A program made the position numbers and the translations under genes. Of a stretch of DNA of 64,000 nucleotides, positions 46,279 through 56,060 are shown piece after piece. The stretch spans positions 1-64,000 of the IMG/VR virus record IMGVR_UViG_3300027782_006468; one strand, given 5' to 3'. The notes below the pieces were generated by a model. The model did no database searches. It saw only the letters and a program-made list of their open reading frames with translations, and was not told the DNA's origin. This DNA comes from an uncultured virus (IMG/VR IMGVR_UViG_3300027782_006468) (taxonomy: Duplodnaviria; Heunggongvirae; Uroviricota; Caudoviricetes). Every line of letters begins with the position of its first letter. Within the stretch, counting starts at the first letter, position 1.

Positions 46279-46482
46279 ATGAAAAAATGTTGTTTAACTA
46301 GAGTTTTGTTTGGTATGATTTTTGGTTTTTTTCTAAGTATTTTCGTAATGTATTCACAACTTTCTGGTGTCAAAAATCAACTTAAACATGATCATAAAAC
46401 ATGTAGCATGTGTGTATGTGAAAAAAAATGCAATTGTCCTCACGAAAATGACAAATGTAAAAACAAATGCTTGTGTGATTAA
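46279..46482 (+). CDS. small membrane protein with Cys-rich (metallothionein-like) tail
   Basis: AAGGA RBS; TM helix then CSMCVCEKKCNC...CKNKCLC. Confidence 0.6.
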   Translation: MKKCCLTRVLFGMIFGFFLSIFVMYSQLSGVKNQLKHDHKTCSMCVCEKKCNCPHENDKCKNKCLCD

Positions 46483-47867
46483 ATTATTTTATTGATAATT
46501 GAATCGATTATATTTGTTGTTGACAATCCATCAACAAATGGAGCAAAAACAACCTTTCCAGCATGATCTCTGCCAACTACTTCCTTGTCAATATAATCAT
46601 GACCTTTTACCAAAACCTCTGGATTTAAATGCTTGATGATTTCAATTGGTGTGTCTTCTTCAAAACAAGCAACATAATCAACACATTCCAATGCAGCGAG
46701 CATTTGCATTCGATGTTGAATTTTATTCACAGGGCGACCCGGCTTTAACTTTCCAACCGACTCATCACTATTGACAGCAACAAGAAGTTTATCACCTTGC
46801 TTTTTAGCAAATTCTAAACTCTCTATATGCCCTGCATGTAAAATATCAAAACATCCATTTGTAACGACCAGCTTAAAATCTCTTTTTTTAAATATCTTGT
46901 AATCAACAATTTTGGAAGAACTTCCAATAACTGTTTTTTTAATTGTGTCGATATCTAATGGCTTGTTGTGTTTTTCTGTAACATAAATTAAACCCATAGA
47001 AAATGCGAATTCAGCAGCTTCTTTGAGTGGTATGTTGTTGCCCAAGCATAATCCCAAAAATGCAATAAAACAGTCTCCTGCACCAATAACACTATTGGCT
47101 TGTTTGTCTGATTTTGGATTCTTATATTCAAAGTAATTTTCATTAAATCCAAAAAAACCACTTCCTTCTGAAGTTATAATTACAGACTTGCAATTAGTTT
47201 GTTTTATTATTGAATCAATTTGCTTAGGCTTTTCTTTTTCATTGGTAATCGCACAAGCTTCTTGTGTGTTTGGTTTTATTAGTGTGCATCCTTTCCACTT
47301 TGTAATATCTTTTTTTGGATCAACAATCCTTATGGAGCATGGATGTTTTTCTGCCAAAGAAGAAACAATTGAATTAGCAAATAATCCTTTGTCATAATCA
47401 GAAAATATCAAAACATCAAAATCTTTTGACATAATTTTTTTGCAAAGATTTTCAGAAACTTCCTGCAATTCATCTTTGTTCATGCCATAATTATTTTTCT
47501 CGACATCCCAACGATATGTCGGAAAATCCGAACTATAAAATCTCTTTTTTCTTGGAACCAAATAAGGGCTTATACTCACCGATAATGATGTATCAATTTT
47601 ATTTTTTTGTAAAATTTCATTCGCAGAATCATCTAAGAAAGAACATAGAAATGTATTTTTATTTATATTTTTAAGCTGATATGCAACATTAGCGGCTCCG
47701 CCCGGAAGAATTGCACTTGGCATGCATTCCTCTGAATGCATTACTGGAATTGGAAATTCTGGAGATATTTTTCGAACATTTACATTGAAATATTCGTCTA
47801 GCATAGAATCTCCAACGATTCCAATTTTTAAATTGCTAGAATTAATTGATTCTATAATATTCTTCAT
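46479..47867 (-). CDS. hldE: bifunctional heptose kinase/adenylyltransferase HldE (RfaE)
   Basis: VGDSMLD, GGAANVA, SDYDKG, GAGDCF kinase domain; TNGCFDILHAGH, NSDESV, LVKG, STT transferase domain. Confidence 0.92.
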   Translation of the reverse strand: MKNIIESINSSNLKIGIVGDSMLDEYFNVNVRKISPEFPIPVMHSEECMPSAILPGGAANVAYQLKNINKNTFLCSFLDDSANEILQKNKIDTSLSVSISPYLVPRKKRFYSSDFPTYRWDVEKNNYGMNKDELQEVSENLCKKIMSKDFDVLIFSDYDKGLFANSIVSSLAEKHPCSIRIVDPKKDITKWKGCTLIKPNTQEACAITNEKEKPKQIDSIIKQTNCKSVIITSEGSGFFGFNENYFEYKNPKSDKQANSVIGAGDCFIAFLGLCLGNNIPLKEAAEFAFSMGLIYVTEKHNKPLDIDTIKKTVIGSSSKIVDYKIFKKRDFKLVVTNGCFDILHAGHIESLEFAKKQGDKLLVAVNSDESVGKLKPGRPVNKIQHRMQMLAALECVDYVACFEEDTPIEIIKHLNPEVLVKGHDYIDKEVVGRDHAGKVVFAPFVDGLSTTNIIDSIINKII

Positions 47868-47913
47868 ATGTGCAGCCCAATAATAGATGTTGCTATTATT
47901 TGAGTTACACAAT

Positions 47914-48798
47914 TTATTTTTCTATATTTTTAACAGACAAGCCAAGCATTGCAGCTTTAGTTTTCCATTCTTCCTGTTCTCTTTTATTGTCTGTTTTTAA
48001 AGAATTTACAGATATTCCTCCCAAGGATGAGACCATTGCATCTACTTCCAATTTGGTCAATCTAATCGCTCCACGATGCTCATGATAATCTTCCCAAGCT
48101 TCAACAGCCCAAGGAACAATAGGCTTGATAAGTTCTAGCATAGCATTTGCAAACACTCTAATCTCCCATTGAGCATGAGCATCGCAACGCAAGGCTAAAA
48201 AATGCAAAAGATTATGCAGATCCACTTTCCAATACCACTCTGTATACAAATTGACTGGTAGGAGCATTCTGGCTTGTTCTCTAGCAACACCATTTTGAAT
48301 TGCTTTTTCGTATTCCTCATATGATTGATTGCAGATAAAATCTATTTTTTCAATAAATCCATAGGCATCAGTTTCATTTATTGATCCACTACCTCCTTGT
48401 TTGTTTACTGACGATTGTTGTCTCACATTTTCAATTTCTGGTTTATAGAATTCATCCTTCATCATTGAATATCTTCCACTGTATTCATTCAAATTTGCAG
48501 TTCTGTGGCGCACCATTTGTCTGGCGATGAATATCGGTAATTTAACAGAAAATTTGAATTCAATCATCTCGAATGGAGTTGTGTGCTTGTGACGAAGTAA
48601 ATAACGAATTAATCCTCTATCTTCATTAACAGTTTTAGTTCCATCTCCATAAGAAACTCTAGCAGCTTGGACTATTGCGTAATCTGCGGTCTTCCTATCA
48701 TCTGGAACAAGTCTTGGCATAACATCAAGAATCGTCACATGACCCTTGTCCAAGCATTTAATTGTTTTTTCAGAAACATTTGTCAAAACATCATGCAT
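47914..48798 (-). CDS. thyX: FAD-dependent thymidylate synthase
   Basis: AARVSY, HTTPFE, RQMVRHR...NEYSGRY, AREQAR, AQWEIR. Confidence 0.97.
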   Translation of the reverse strand: MHDVLTNVSEKTIKCLDKGHVTILDVMPRLVPDDRKTADYAIVQAARVSYGDGTKTVNEDRGLIRYLLRHKHTTPFEMIEFKFSVKLPIFIARQMVRHRTANLNEYSGRYSMMKDEFYKPEIENVRQQSSVNKQGGSGSINETDAYGFIEKIDFICNQSYEEYEKAIQNGVAREQARMLLPVNLYTEWYWKVDLHNLLHFLALRCDAHAQWEIRVFANAMLELIKPIVPWAVEAWEDYHEHRGAIRLTKLEVDAMVSSLGGISVNSLKTDNKREQEEWKTKAAMLGLSVKNIEK

Positions 48799-48928
48799 GA
48801 GATAACTCCAAAATAGTTAAATCTTATTCTATGAATTTATATTATAAAAAAAATAAAGGGAAATGAGAATAGCAATTAGAACCAACCTATGTCTCCCATG
48901 ACAACATCTGGCAGATTAGGAAACATTT

Positions 48929-49132
48929 TTAAAATTTTACTTTTTTTCTTTTTTTTTTCTCAAGATCATCAACAGTTATCAAACTTGGCGATTGTCTAGT
49001 CACTGTTCCAATGCCAATAGGTCTAGCAAATTTCGCAACATCACCAGTCGATGTCATTCCGCCACCACCCGCAGCTGGTGCTGCTGCTGTTGCGACTTCA
49101 TTTTGTTTCAACCATTCTTTGAACGATATCAT
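48929..49132 (-). CDS. small protein with capsid-targeting-like N-terminus
   Basis: MISFKEWLKQNE; ATGA overlap with the upstream gene. Confidence 0.7.
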   Translation of the reverse strand: MISFKEWLKQNEVATAAAPAAGGGGMTSTGDVAKFARPIGIGTVTRQSPSLITVDDLEKKKRKKVKF

Positions 49133-49605
49133 GTCATTCCTCCCATACCTGCATCTGGAGGCATACCACCTGCATCTGCCGGTGGTGGTGCAGGAACCCA
49201 TGCAGTTGTCAAAAATTTTACAAGTTCATCACGACTTAAATAATATTTATCTTTATCTGGTGTAGCCCTATTAAGGCTTCCATTTTTGAGAAAGCTTCTC
49301 ATTCCCTTGTTTGGCTTTAAACGAATATATGCTCCATTTTTAGAAATCGAGTCTGGATCGATTTCCCAAGAAGATGCTTTATATGACATTTCGTGATTTG
49401 GCTTGCCCATCATGAAATGAGTTGAAACCCAAGGCTCTGAAGCCAAAAGTGAAGATAAATCTTTCCATTTAATTCCAAACTCATCTTCGAGTGTATCAAT
49501 ATAATCATTTCCAACTGGCGTAGATTCGCTGCCTTCATCTTCTGATTTTTTCTCAGATGAGGGGTCCATTTCTTCAATATATTTTTTGAATCCTGCGAAG
49601 CTCAT
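49129..49605 (-). CDS. hypothetical protein with capsid-targeting-like N-terminus
   Basis: MSFAGFKKYIEE; P/G/M-rich tail. Confidence 0.7.
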   Translation of the reverse strand: MSFAGFKKYIEEMDPSSEKKSEDEGSESTPVGNDYIDTLEDEFGIKWKDLSSLLASEPWVSTHFMMGKPNHEMSYKASSWEIDPDSISKNGAYIRLKPNKGMRSFLKNGSLNRATPDKDKYYLSRDELVKFLTTAWVPAPPPADAGGMPPDAGMGGMT

Positions 49606-49694
49606 ATTTCTATATATAATATTACCTGCCAACTTATGAAGAACAATTAATTAAAATAAACTCTTGTACTGTTCCATAGGAATTTTGTTTTAGG

Positions 49695-50066
49695 ATGGCG
49701 TGGATATATAAATATATGATGAACGATATAGAAAATTTCAAAAACACCATGGCAACTTGGAATACATATCTTCTTAAGGAAGATAAGATTCAAAATTTTT
49801 TTGATGAAAATGAATTAATTTTCTTTTTTCAAAAAGGTGACAATATCTATGGAGCAAACGAAGATGGCAGATTGACATTTGCCACAATGAATGACAAAAA
49901 AGAAGATAAAAGAGTTCGAGACGAAATTAGAGTCCTTGCAATAAATCTCGTCAAAAGTATCAATGACGAAAAATCAGAATCAATGTTCAATATGAAAGAA
50001 ATGAAAAAAATTAAAATTTTAGACAGAGATGAAGCAGAAAAAATTCTGCACAAAAAAATTAAATGA
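49695..50066 (+). CDS. hypothetical protein
   Basis: ORF; probable start at MMNDIE just after TATAAATA. Confidence 0.65.
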   Translation: MAWIYKYMMNDIENFKNTMATWNTYLLKEDKIQNFFDENELIFFFQKGDNIYGANEDGRLTFATMNDKKEDKRVRDEIRVLAINLVKSINDEKSESMFNMKEMKKIKILDRDEAEKILHKKIK

Positions 50067-50734
50067 CATTGCCATTTCAAAAAAATAATCATGTTCGCAA
50101 ATATCAATGTTTCGTATGTGGCAGAGCCTATTACGAATATGACGAGTATAGCAAACACATAAAGGATACTCACGAACTTGGTCGTGATTATGTTGTATGC
50201 CCACTACAAAGATGTGGTTGTCCAGTCAGAGATTTAAGGCTACATTTCAAATCAAAGCATCCACATGAAAAAGATATTCCAAAGATAGGACAAATGCGAG
50301 CAACAATCTGGAAAGATATTGATAAAAAAAGTGGAAAATTAAAGCAGCAAAAGCCAAAATTTCGTGAAGGTTATTTCATGTCAGGAAAAAATAGAAAAGA
50401 AATGCATTATCGAAGTGGCTACGAAGTAGAAGTATATGAACAATTAGAATATTTGCCAGAAGTTATAAAATACGATGTTGAACCATTCAAAGTTGATTAT
50501 ATTTTTGAAGGAGAAAAGCATGAATACAATCCCGATCTTAGTATTTACTTTATGGATGGACATGTAGAAATATGGGAAATAAAGCCAGCTAATCAAACGC
50601 AATTGCCAAAAAATCACGCTAAGTGGGCTGCGTGTCAACATCACTGCCAAGCAAGAGGTTGGCAGTTTGTAGTTATGACGGAAGTTGGTATAGGAAAACT
50701 CAAAAGAAGAGTTGACGAAATAACAAGATCTTAA
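50063..50734 (+). CDS. T4 gp4/TnsA-like head-completion nuclease with N-terminal C2H2 zinc fingers
   Basis: YRSGYE, EPFKVDY, YNPD, EIKP, KWAA, GWQFVVMTE; CxxC-12-HxxxxH fingers. Confidence 0.8.
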   Translation: MTLPFQKNNHVRKYQCFVCGRAYYEYDEYSKHIKDTHELGRDYVVCPLQRCGCPVRDLRLHFKSKHPHEKDIPKIGQMRATIWKDIDKKSGKLKQQKPKFREGYFMSGKNRKEMHYRSGYEVEVYEQLEYLPEVIKYDVEPFKVDYIFEGEKHEYNPDLSIYFMDGHVEIWEIKPANQTQLPKNHAKWAACQHHCQARGWQFVVMTEVGIGKLKRRVDEITRS

Positions 50735-50737
50735 AGA

Positions 50738-51121
50738 CTAATCTCCTTTTTCCAATCTAATCGAATCGCTATCTTCATGATGCGTAGAAAATTCTATAAT
50801 TTTAGCTCCATTTTCTCCAGCTATCATTTGATGTCTTAATCCAGTAGGAATATGAAAAGACATTCCTTCTTTTAAAATAATTGATTTTAATTCTTCTCCA
50901 CCCCATCCATATAACATCTCTATATCATTTTCCAAAATAAATAAAACCTCATCCTTTATAGCATGATAATGGATAGAACATTTCTTTTTTGGATTAAAAA
51001 AAAGAATCTTACCACAATATTTTTCATTATTACATATCCATTGTTCATGTCCCCAACCCTTTTCGACAATAATATTTGGATGTAATGTATAGTTATTTAG
51101 TGACATTGTACGCCCTCTCAA
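50738..51121 (-). CDS. cupin-domain protein (sugar isomerase-like)
   Basis: VEKGWGHE, CSIHYH..KDE, HIPTGLRHQM, IIEFST. Confidence 0.85.
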   Translation of the reverse strand: MRGRTMSLNNYTLHPNIIVEKGWGHEQWICNNEKYCGKILFFNPKKKCSIHYHAIKDEVLFILENDIEMLYGWGGEELKSIILKEGMSFHIPTGLRHQMIAGENGAKIIEFSTHHEDSDSIRLEKGD

Positions 51122-51725
51122 TAAAAGGAATTAATGAATCTCTTATTTTATAATGCAAATCAACTATTTCTTTGTCATTTATAAGAAAATAATCATAAAG
51201 TTCGCTTCCCTCTGGTGCGTTTGGATCATTATGCATGATTTCGCCTTCTTTTTGAGTTTTTAAACACCATTCAATGATTGGTTTTATTTGAGACTCTGAA
51301 GGATTGGTGTCATTGTTGAAATAATTAGTGCGATACATGATAACATTGATACCTTCTCGCCCACGAATGTTTTTTGCCTCATTGATATATCGACAATCAG
51401 AAACAATGAGTTGCTTGCCATCATCTCTTAAGGCTATATCAATCCATATATCGCTTACAATTTGGCGAAATCCATCGCCAACGAATTGTAACGCCTTGCG
51501 GATATTCATTTTCATTCCGGGCGGTGCTTCATCAATTCTTTTCCATTTTTCTAGAAAATCTCTATCGACATTGAATGCCCTACAAAATGTGTCTTTTACA
51601 GCGTTTGCAAATGCTCCTCTTTCCCATGTTCCGGTAGTTTGAACACGATTAAGTTCGATAGCCAAATAATCGGCTGCGGTATCTTTTCCCATAGCCAATT
51701 GCGATGCAAAACCAATAATTTTCAT
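51093..51725 (-). CDS. deoxynucleoside monophosphate kinase
   Basis: IIGFA...GKDTAA, FANAVK, RKALQFVG, VSDCRYINE, SE motif. Confidence 0.85.
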   Translation of the reverse strand: MKIIGFASQLAMGKDTAADYLAIELNRVQTTGTWERGAFANAVKDTFCRAFNVDRDFLEKWKRIDEAPPGMKMNIRKALQFVGDGFRQIVSDIWIDIALRDDGKQLIVSDCRYINEAKNIRGREGINVIMYRTNYFNNDTNPSESQIKPIIEWCLKTQKEGEIMHNDPNAPEGSELYDYFLINDKEIVDLHYKIRDSLIPFIERAYNVTK

Positions 51726-51823
51726 AATAAAATCCTCGTTGTTTTAGTAATCATAAATGATTTATAAATTTTTATCAACAGCCAAGTCTGTTTTTTATAA
51801 CCAATTGTCACTTATAATTTCTT

Positions 51824-52096
51824 ATGATACCTATGAAAAAAATAGAACCAATATGTAAAAATTGTTTGCTTTACAATCATGAAAAAAAAGAATGTAAAGT
51901 TGCAGTTCTAATTAATGGCACTGAACACCATCTGCCAGTAGATAAAAATGATAGATGTCATATGGATGAACTTGGAATTGAAGTTCAGCAAGTCAGATGG
52001 TGGACAGAAGACAAGGATGGCAATCCAACAAAAGAAAACGGCATTGTTAAGATTGAATATCCACAGAATTTCTTCGGAAAACAAGAGAATCAATAA
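51824..52096 (+). CDS. hypothetical Cys-containing protein
   Basis: CKNC...C...C; TATAAT 5 nt upstream. Confidence 0.65.
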   Translation: MIPMKKIEPICKNCLLYNHEKKECKVAVLINGTEHHLPVDKNDRCHMDELGIEVQQVRWWTEDKDGNPTKENGIVKIEYPQNFFGKQENQ

Positions 52097-52099
52097 GTA

Positions 52100-52870
52100 A
52101 TGGCTTGTGAAGGTCCTTTTAAAAATGGCGTTGCAGGAGATCCAGTCTGTGGTTGCTCATGCTCAGATTCTAAATGTTGTCCACCACCATGCTGCAGTAG
52201 TGTTAGTCTTTTTTTTGAATTAGGACCAGCTTATGACGAAATAGATTATCCCGAAGGATGTAAATGCGAAGATCCAACTCCGCCAGAAGAACCCGCACCA
52301 TTACTAAGAGAATTATCTGAAAAAGAAAATTGGGAAACTATAAACATTGGATCTCATCTCATACCTTTTCCAAAATTTAAAAAAAAATCAAATAAAAATT
52401 CAGATAATTATGTTTTTGCTCTTGGGGGAAGCTGTTCAGTGCCATGCGAAGTGGTAGAAATTCAATTAACTGTTGATAGCTGTTGCATAGAAATAGTAGA
52501 TGGAACAGAAGGGCAAACAAACTTTGATCCAGATGTGTCGTTAAGAATGGTTGGTGATGGCTTTGTATTTGCCACATATGATGCTGGTGATTGCGAATTT
52601 GATTTAAAAATAAATGGCACAACAATAACCGCAGAAGAAGATAGTGTATTTGTTGCTGATGGAGATCCAATTGATGTTTCGCTTGAACCAAAAGGAATAA
52701 ATGCAGATTGTTGTACACCCTGCTGGATTGACACCCAATGCACACCATCGAGCATTCTTGCTACAAAGGTCTTCTTTAGAGCTAGATCTGTGAAAAAGGG
52801 TGCAAAGGGCTATTTGAACATAGCAAAGCTAATTGAAAGAGTAAACAGGCTAAAGCGCAGAAAGTCTTGA
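52100..52870 (+). CDS. cysteine-rich hypothetical protein
   Basis: CGCSCSDSKCCPPPCC N-terminus, beta-rich middle, basic C-terminus. Confidence 0.75.
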   Translation: MACEGPFKNGVAGDPVCGCSCSDSKCCPPPCCSSVSLFFELGPAYDEIDYPEGCKCEDPTPPEEPAPLLRELSEKENWETINIGSHLIPFPKFKKKSNKNSDNYVFALGGSCSVPCEVVEIQLTVDSCCIEIVDGTEGQTNFDPDVSLRMVGDGFVFATYDAGDCEFDLKINGTTITAEEDSVFVADGDPIDVSLEPKGINADCCTPCWIDTQCTPSSILATKVFFRARSVKKGAKGYLNIAKLIERVNRLKRRKS

Positions 52871-54904
52871 TGCAACGCTTTTAATTTCTTTGACCAAATC
52901 TTCTTTAAGATTCAATATTTTTTTCAATTTAGCATCATCTAATTCGGCAACAGAATCAACATCTTTATATCCCAAATCGTATAACTTTGTTGCTCTAACT
53001 TTACCTACATTTGGCAACTGGCACAAATTTATAAGATGTGCTGGTACTCCATGTCTAATGCGACTTCCCAAATCCTTTAAAAATGACTCTTGACCCCATT
53101 TCCCACTCATAGAATCAAGTGCGACCAATATCTGCTGTATTCTTTCAAATTCGCTTTGCAAACTTCTTTGATATCCAGCCAAAGCTGTTACATACGATCC
53201 ATTCAACAAATTAAAATAACAAAAGGCAGATTTCTTGATTCCTTCTGTGAAAAATTTATATTCTGAGTAAAAATCTTTTTGTAGCCTCTTGTCGAACAAG
53301 CTCATTTCTTGTTTTTCTGCGTTGTTGACTATATTTGCTCTATTGGTATCAATTTTTGCCAAAGCCAAAGCAACATGCAAATCAGAGTTTTGTTTTTTTT
53401 CCTTAAATAAAAAATAAAAATTTCTACTGTAGTCAGCGATGTCAAACGGAGAGTAATAAAAAATGCTTGCTATTTTTCCAACACTAGAAACTTCCAAATT
53501 ACCATTATCATTATGAACAATTTTTCTATCGATCATTTCGACAAGCAATTCGCTGATATAGGTCTGATTAAGATTCCTTGCTTGAAAACTAGCCAATGAT
53601 CTTTCATACCACTTCTTAATGTCTGCAACATTTTCAATTGATCTGTGATGAATTTCACTAACCAAATGAAATGCGAGATTTCTTGGCTTCTCTAAGAGTT
53701 TAGAAGTAATGTTTTGTGGAGTATTCAATCTGTCACGATGTCTTTTTGCATTAGAGTTTGGCAATAAGATATAAGCATCGCCACGAGGATCGATTCCTAA
53801 TCGTCCTGATCTACCGACCATTTGAGTCACATTATAAGTTTCTACTTCATCCTTGCCACGATGAACTCCAAGTATAATCACACGCCTAGCAGGTGTATTA
53901 ACTCCCCAAGCCAAAGTTGGAGTTGCAACAATAATTCTCAAGCCATCTTTTTTCTTAAATCTTCTTTCTAAATCAATTCTTTTCTCTTTGTCCAAATCTG
54001 CATTATGGAACTCTGAATCAATTGAATTGGCTTTCAATGTCCGAGTTATCAAATCACCAGTTCTTTTTGTGTGTGCAAAAACCAAAAATTTATCATCGGG
54101 ATAATCGTTTATAATATCCAAAGCTTTGTCGATCTTTGCCTTTTCTTCAATGTCATAAGAATAACAATGCTCATCATCGTAGTTTTCATAGTGAATTCCC
54201 AAAGGCACTGGTCTATACTCAGAATTCAAAATATAAGTTTTCTTTTTATTGAGTTCACATAACCATTCTGCGATTTGACTCACATTTGGCATAGTTGCAG
54301 ACAAAAGAACAATCCGACAATTTGGATTAATTTGAGTAAATTTCATTAATCCAACCTCAAGATGTTCGCCTCTTCCGGGAACTGTCAAAAGATGAGATTC
54401 GTCAATTACTAAAGTTCCTATTTCTTTCAGATAGGCACTTTTTTCAGAATTGATATTTCTTGCTCTATGGTTGAGCATTTCCGAAGTCATGATGATTAGA
54501 TTTGATTTCAACAATTCTTCTTGTCTTTTTTCGGTGATCCTATAATCACCTGTGCATATTGAAATATTCAAATCATGAAAATGATATGACGAGTCTGTCC
54601 ATTGGTCTATTTTTTCTTGAGCCAAAGCTTTTAATGGGGCAAGAAACATTCCTTTGCCACCACGCTTACGAATTTCTTGAGCCAAAAACATTTCAGCAAT
54701 AACAGTTTTTCCAGCACTAGTTCTTGCGGAAACCAAAAAGTTAGCATCATTTTCAAAAACTTCAAAAATTCTACTTTGAACTGGATTGAAATTTTCATAT
54801 TCCCATTTTGCGTATGGATATTTCGAACAAGGAACAAGATCCGTCTGATCTATTATTTGGATCAATTCGCTCATAACATTATTTCTCTTAAGGTTGAATT
54901 GCAC
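52850..54904 (-). CDS. Ski2/Hel308-like DExH helicase
   Basis: FNPVQ, TSAGKT, APLKALAQEK, DESH, LSATMPN, TPTLAWGVNTPA, QMVGRSGR, C-terminal HhH. Confidence 0.92.
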   Translation of the reverse strand: MQFNLKRNNVMSELIQIIDQTDLVPCSKYPYAKWEYENFNPVQSRIFEVFENDANFLVSARTSAGKTVIAEMFLAQEIRKRGGKGMFLAPLKALAQEKIDQWTDSSYHFHDLNISICTGDYRITEKRQEELLKSNLIIMTSEMLNHRARNINSEKSAYLKEIGTLVIDESHLLTVPGRGEHLEVGLMKFTQINPNCRIVLLSATMPNVSQIAEWLCELNKKKTYILNSEYRPVPLGIHYENYDDEHCYSYDIEEKAKIDKALDIINDYPDDKFLVFAHTKRTGDLITRTLKANSIDSEFHNADLDKEKRIDLERRFKKKDGLRIIVATPTLAWGVNTPARRVIILGVHRGKDEVETYNVTQMVGRSGRLGIDPRGDAYILLPNSNAKRHRDRLNTPQNITSKLLEKPRNLAFHLVSEIHHRSIENVADIKKWYERSLASFQARNLNQTYISELLVEMIDRKIVHNDNGNLEVSSVGKIASIFYYSPFDIADYSRNFYFLFKEKKQNSDLHVALALAKIDTNRANIVNNAEKQEMSLFDKRLQKDFYSEYKFFTEGIKKSAFCYFNLLNGSYVTALAGYQRSLQSEFERIQQILVALDSMSGKWGQESFLKDLGSRIRHGVPAHLINLCQLPNVGKVRATKLYDLGYKDVDSVAELDDAKLKKILNLKEDLVKEIKSVASRLSAL

Positions 54905-54941
54905 ATGATAGCAAAAGCAGCTTTGTTGGGAAAGATAACAT

Positions 54942-55400
54942 TTAAAAATTGGTTTTATTTTCTTTTCTAATTTGCCAGATTTGCGAAATGGTTTTGCCCA
55001 AAGATCCCATTTCCTCTTGGCTAAAGCTATTGCTCTTTACTTTATTACATGCCAAACAACAAAGAACAATATTATCAAGTGTGTAATCCTTATCACTATC
55101 AATGCGATCTACACCTAATGATTCAACCAACAATCCAATTTGTGAATATATTGATAAATTTAAAATTTCTGCTTCTGTGACACCACAATAAAAACATTTT
55201 CTCACATGAGATTTTATCCATGTAAGAAATTCTTCTTGGGTGATAGCGACTTGAGGAGTTTTTTTTCTTTTTCTTTTGACGGAACAATTTGCTTGAATAT
55301 TTTTATATTTCTGACAATCTTTGCATGTACGCATTTTTCCAGAACTATATCTCAATGTCAAATCATCGGTTTTACAAATAGGACAAGTCCAAATAATCAT
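54942..55400 (-). CDS. HNH endonuclease-like protein
   Basis: CFYCG...GVDRIDSDKDYTLDNIVLCCLACNKVK. Confidence 0.8.
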   Translation of the reverse strand: MIIWTCPICKTDDLTLRYSSGKMRTCKDCQKYKNIQANCSVKRKRKKTPQVAITQEEFLTWIKSHVRKCFYCGVTEAEILNLSIYSQIGLLVESLGVDRIDSDKDYTLDNIVLCCLACNKVKSNSFSQEEMGSLGKTISQIWQIRKENKTNF

Positions 55401-55452
55401 TTATCTCCATCGTCTGGATATGATTATTTAGACTTGTCTGCTATTAAATTTA

Positions 55453-55707
55453 TTAGCGGTGAATATCAAATCTTTTTTGATATTCACGATTTACAGCTTC
55501 ATGCATAGTGTCAACCATGCCATAAAAATCAAAGCATCCAGATGCTCCACCAAGCCATCTGTCGAGATCTTTGTTGTTTCCAACAAAATTCAAGACTTCT
55601 GGAATGTCGCCTTGATACCTAAAATGAAGTCTACTATGAAGCACTTTTAGATTCTCATCAGAAAGCCTATAAAAGTATTCTTTTAAAAAATGATCGATAT
55701 TTTTCAT
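55453..55707 (-). CDS. hypothetical protein
   Basis: 84-aa ORF with GAGGT RBS. Confidence 0.7.
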   Translation of the reverse strand: MKNIDHFLKEYFYRLSDENLKVLHSRLHFRYQGDIPEVLNFVGNNKDLDRWLGGASGCFDFYGMVDTMHEAVNREYQKRFDIHR

Positions 55708-55721
55708 ACTATACCTCAGAT

Positions 55722-56060
55722 ATGGAAAAGATTTTTAACCAAAAAAAGTTTGAAGAACTACTAGTCTCCAAATGGGCTGAGTTCTTAGATGCTCCAAAAT
55801 TATTGAAAACAATCAATGATTTAGTCCAAGAACATAAAAATAATTTCGACATTGTTCCCAATACATCATATAAACAAAAAGGAACACAAATAATGATATC
55901 CAGATTCCAACTTACAAATAATGGATTCATTATATGGGTAGACTTTTTGGTTCCACTCGCAGAAAACAAAGTTGCCGTAGGAACTACCGAGTTGTTCCTA
56001 CTATCTACAGGAATTCTAAGTCATTCCAAAACTTTAGGCAATATATACGATTGTATTTAA
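55722..56060 (+). CDS. hypothetical protein
   Basis: 112-aa ORF filling the gap. Confidence 0.6.
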   Translation: MEKIFNQKKFEELLVSKWAEFLDAPKLLKTINDLVQEHKNNFDIVPNTSYKQKGTQIMISRFQLTNNGFIIWVDFLVPLAENKVAVGTTELFLLSTGILSHSKTLGNIYDCI

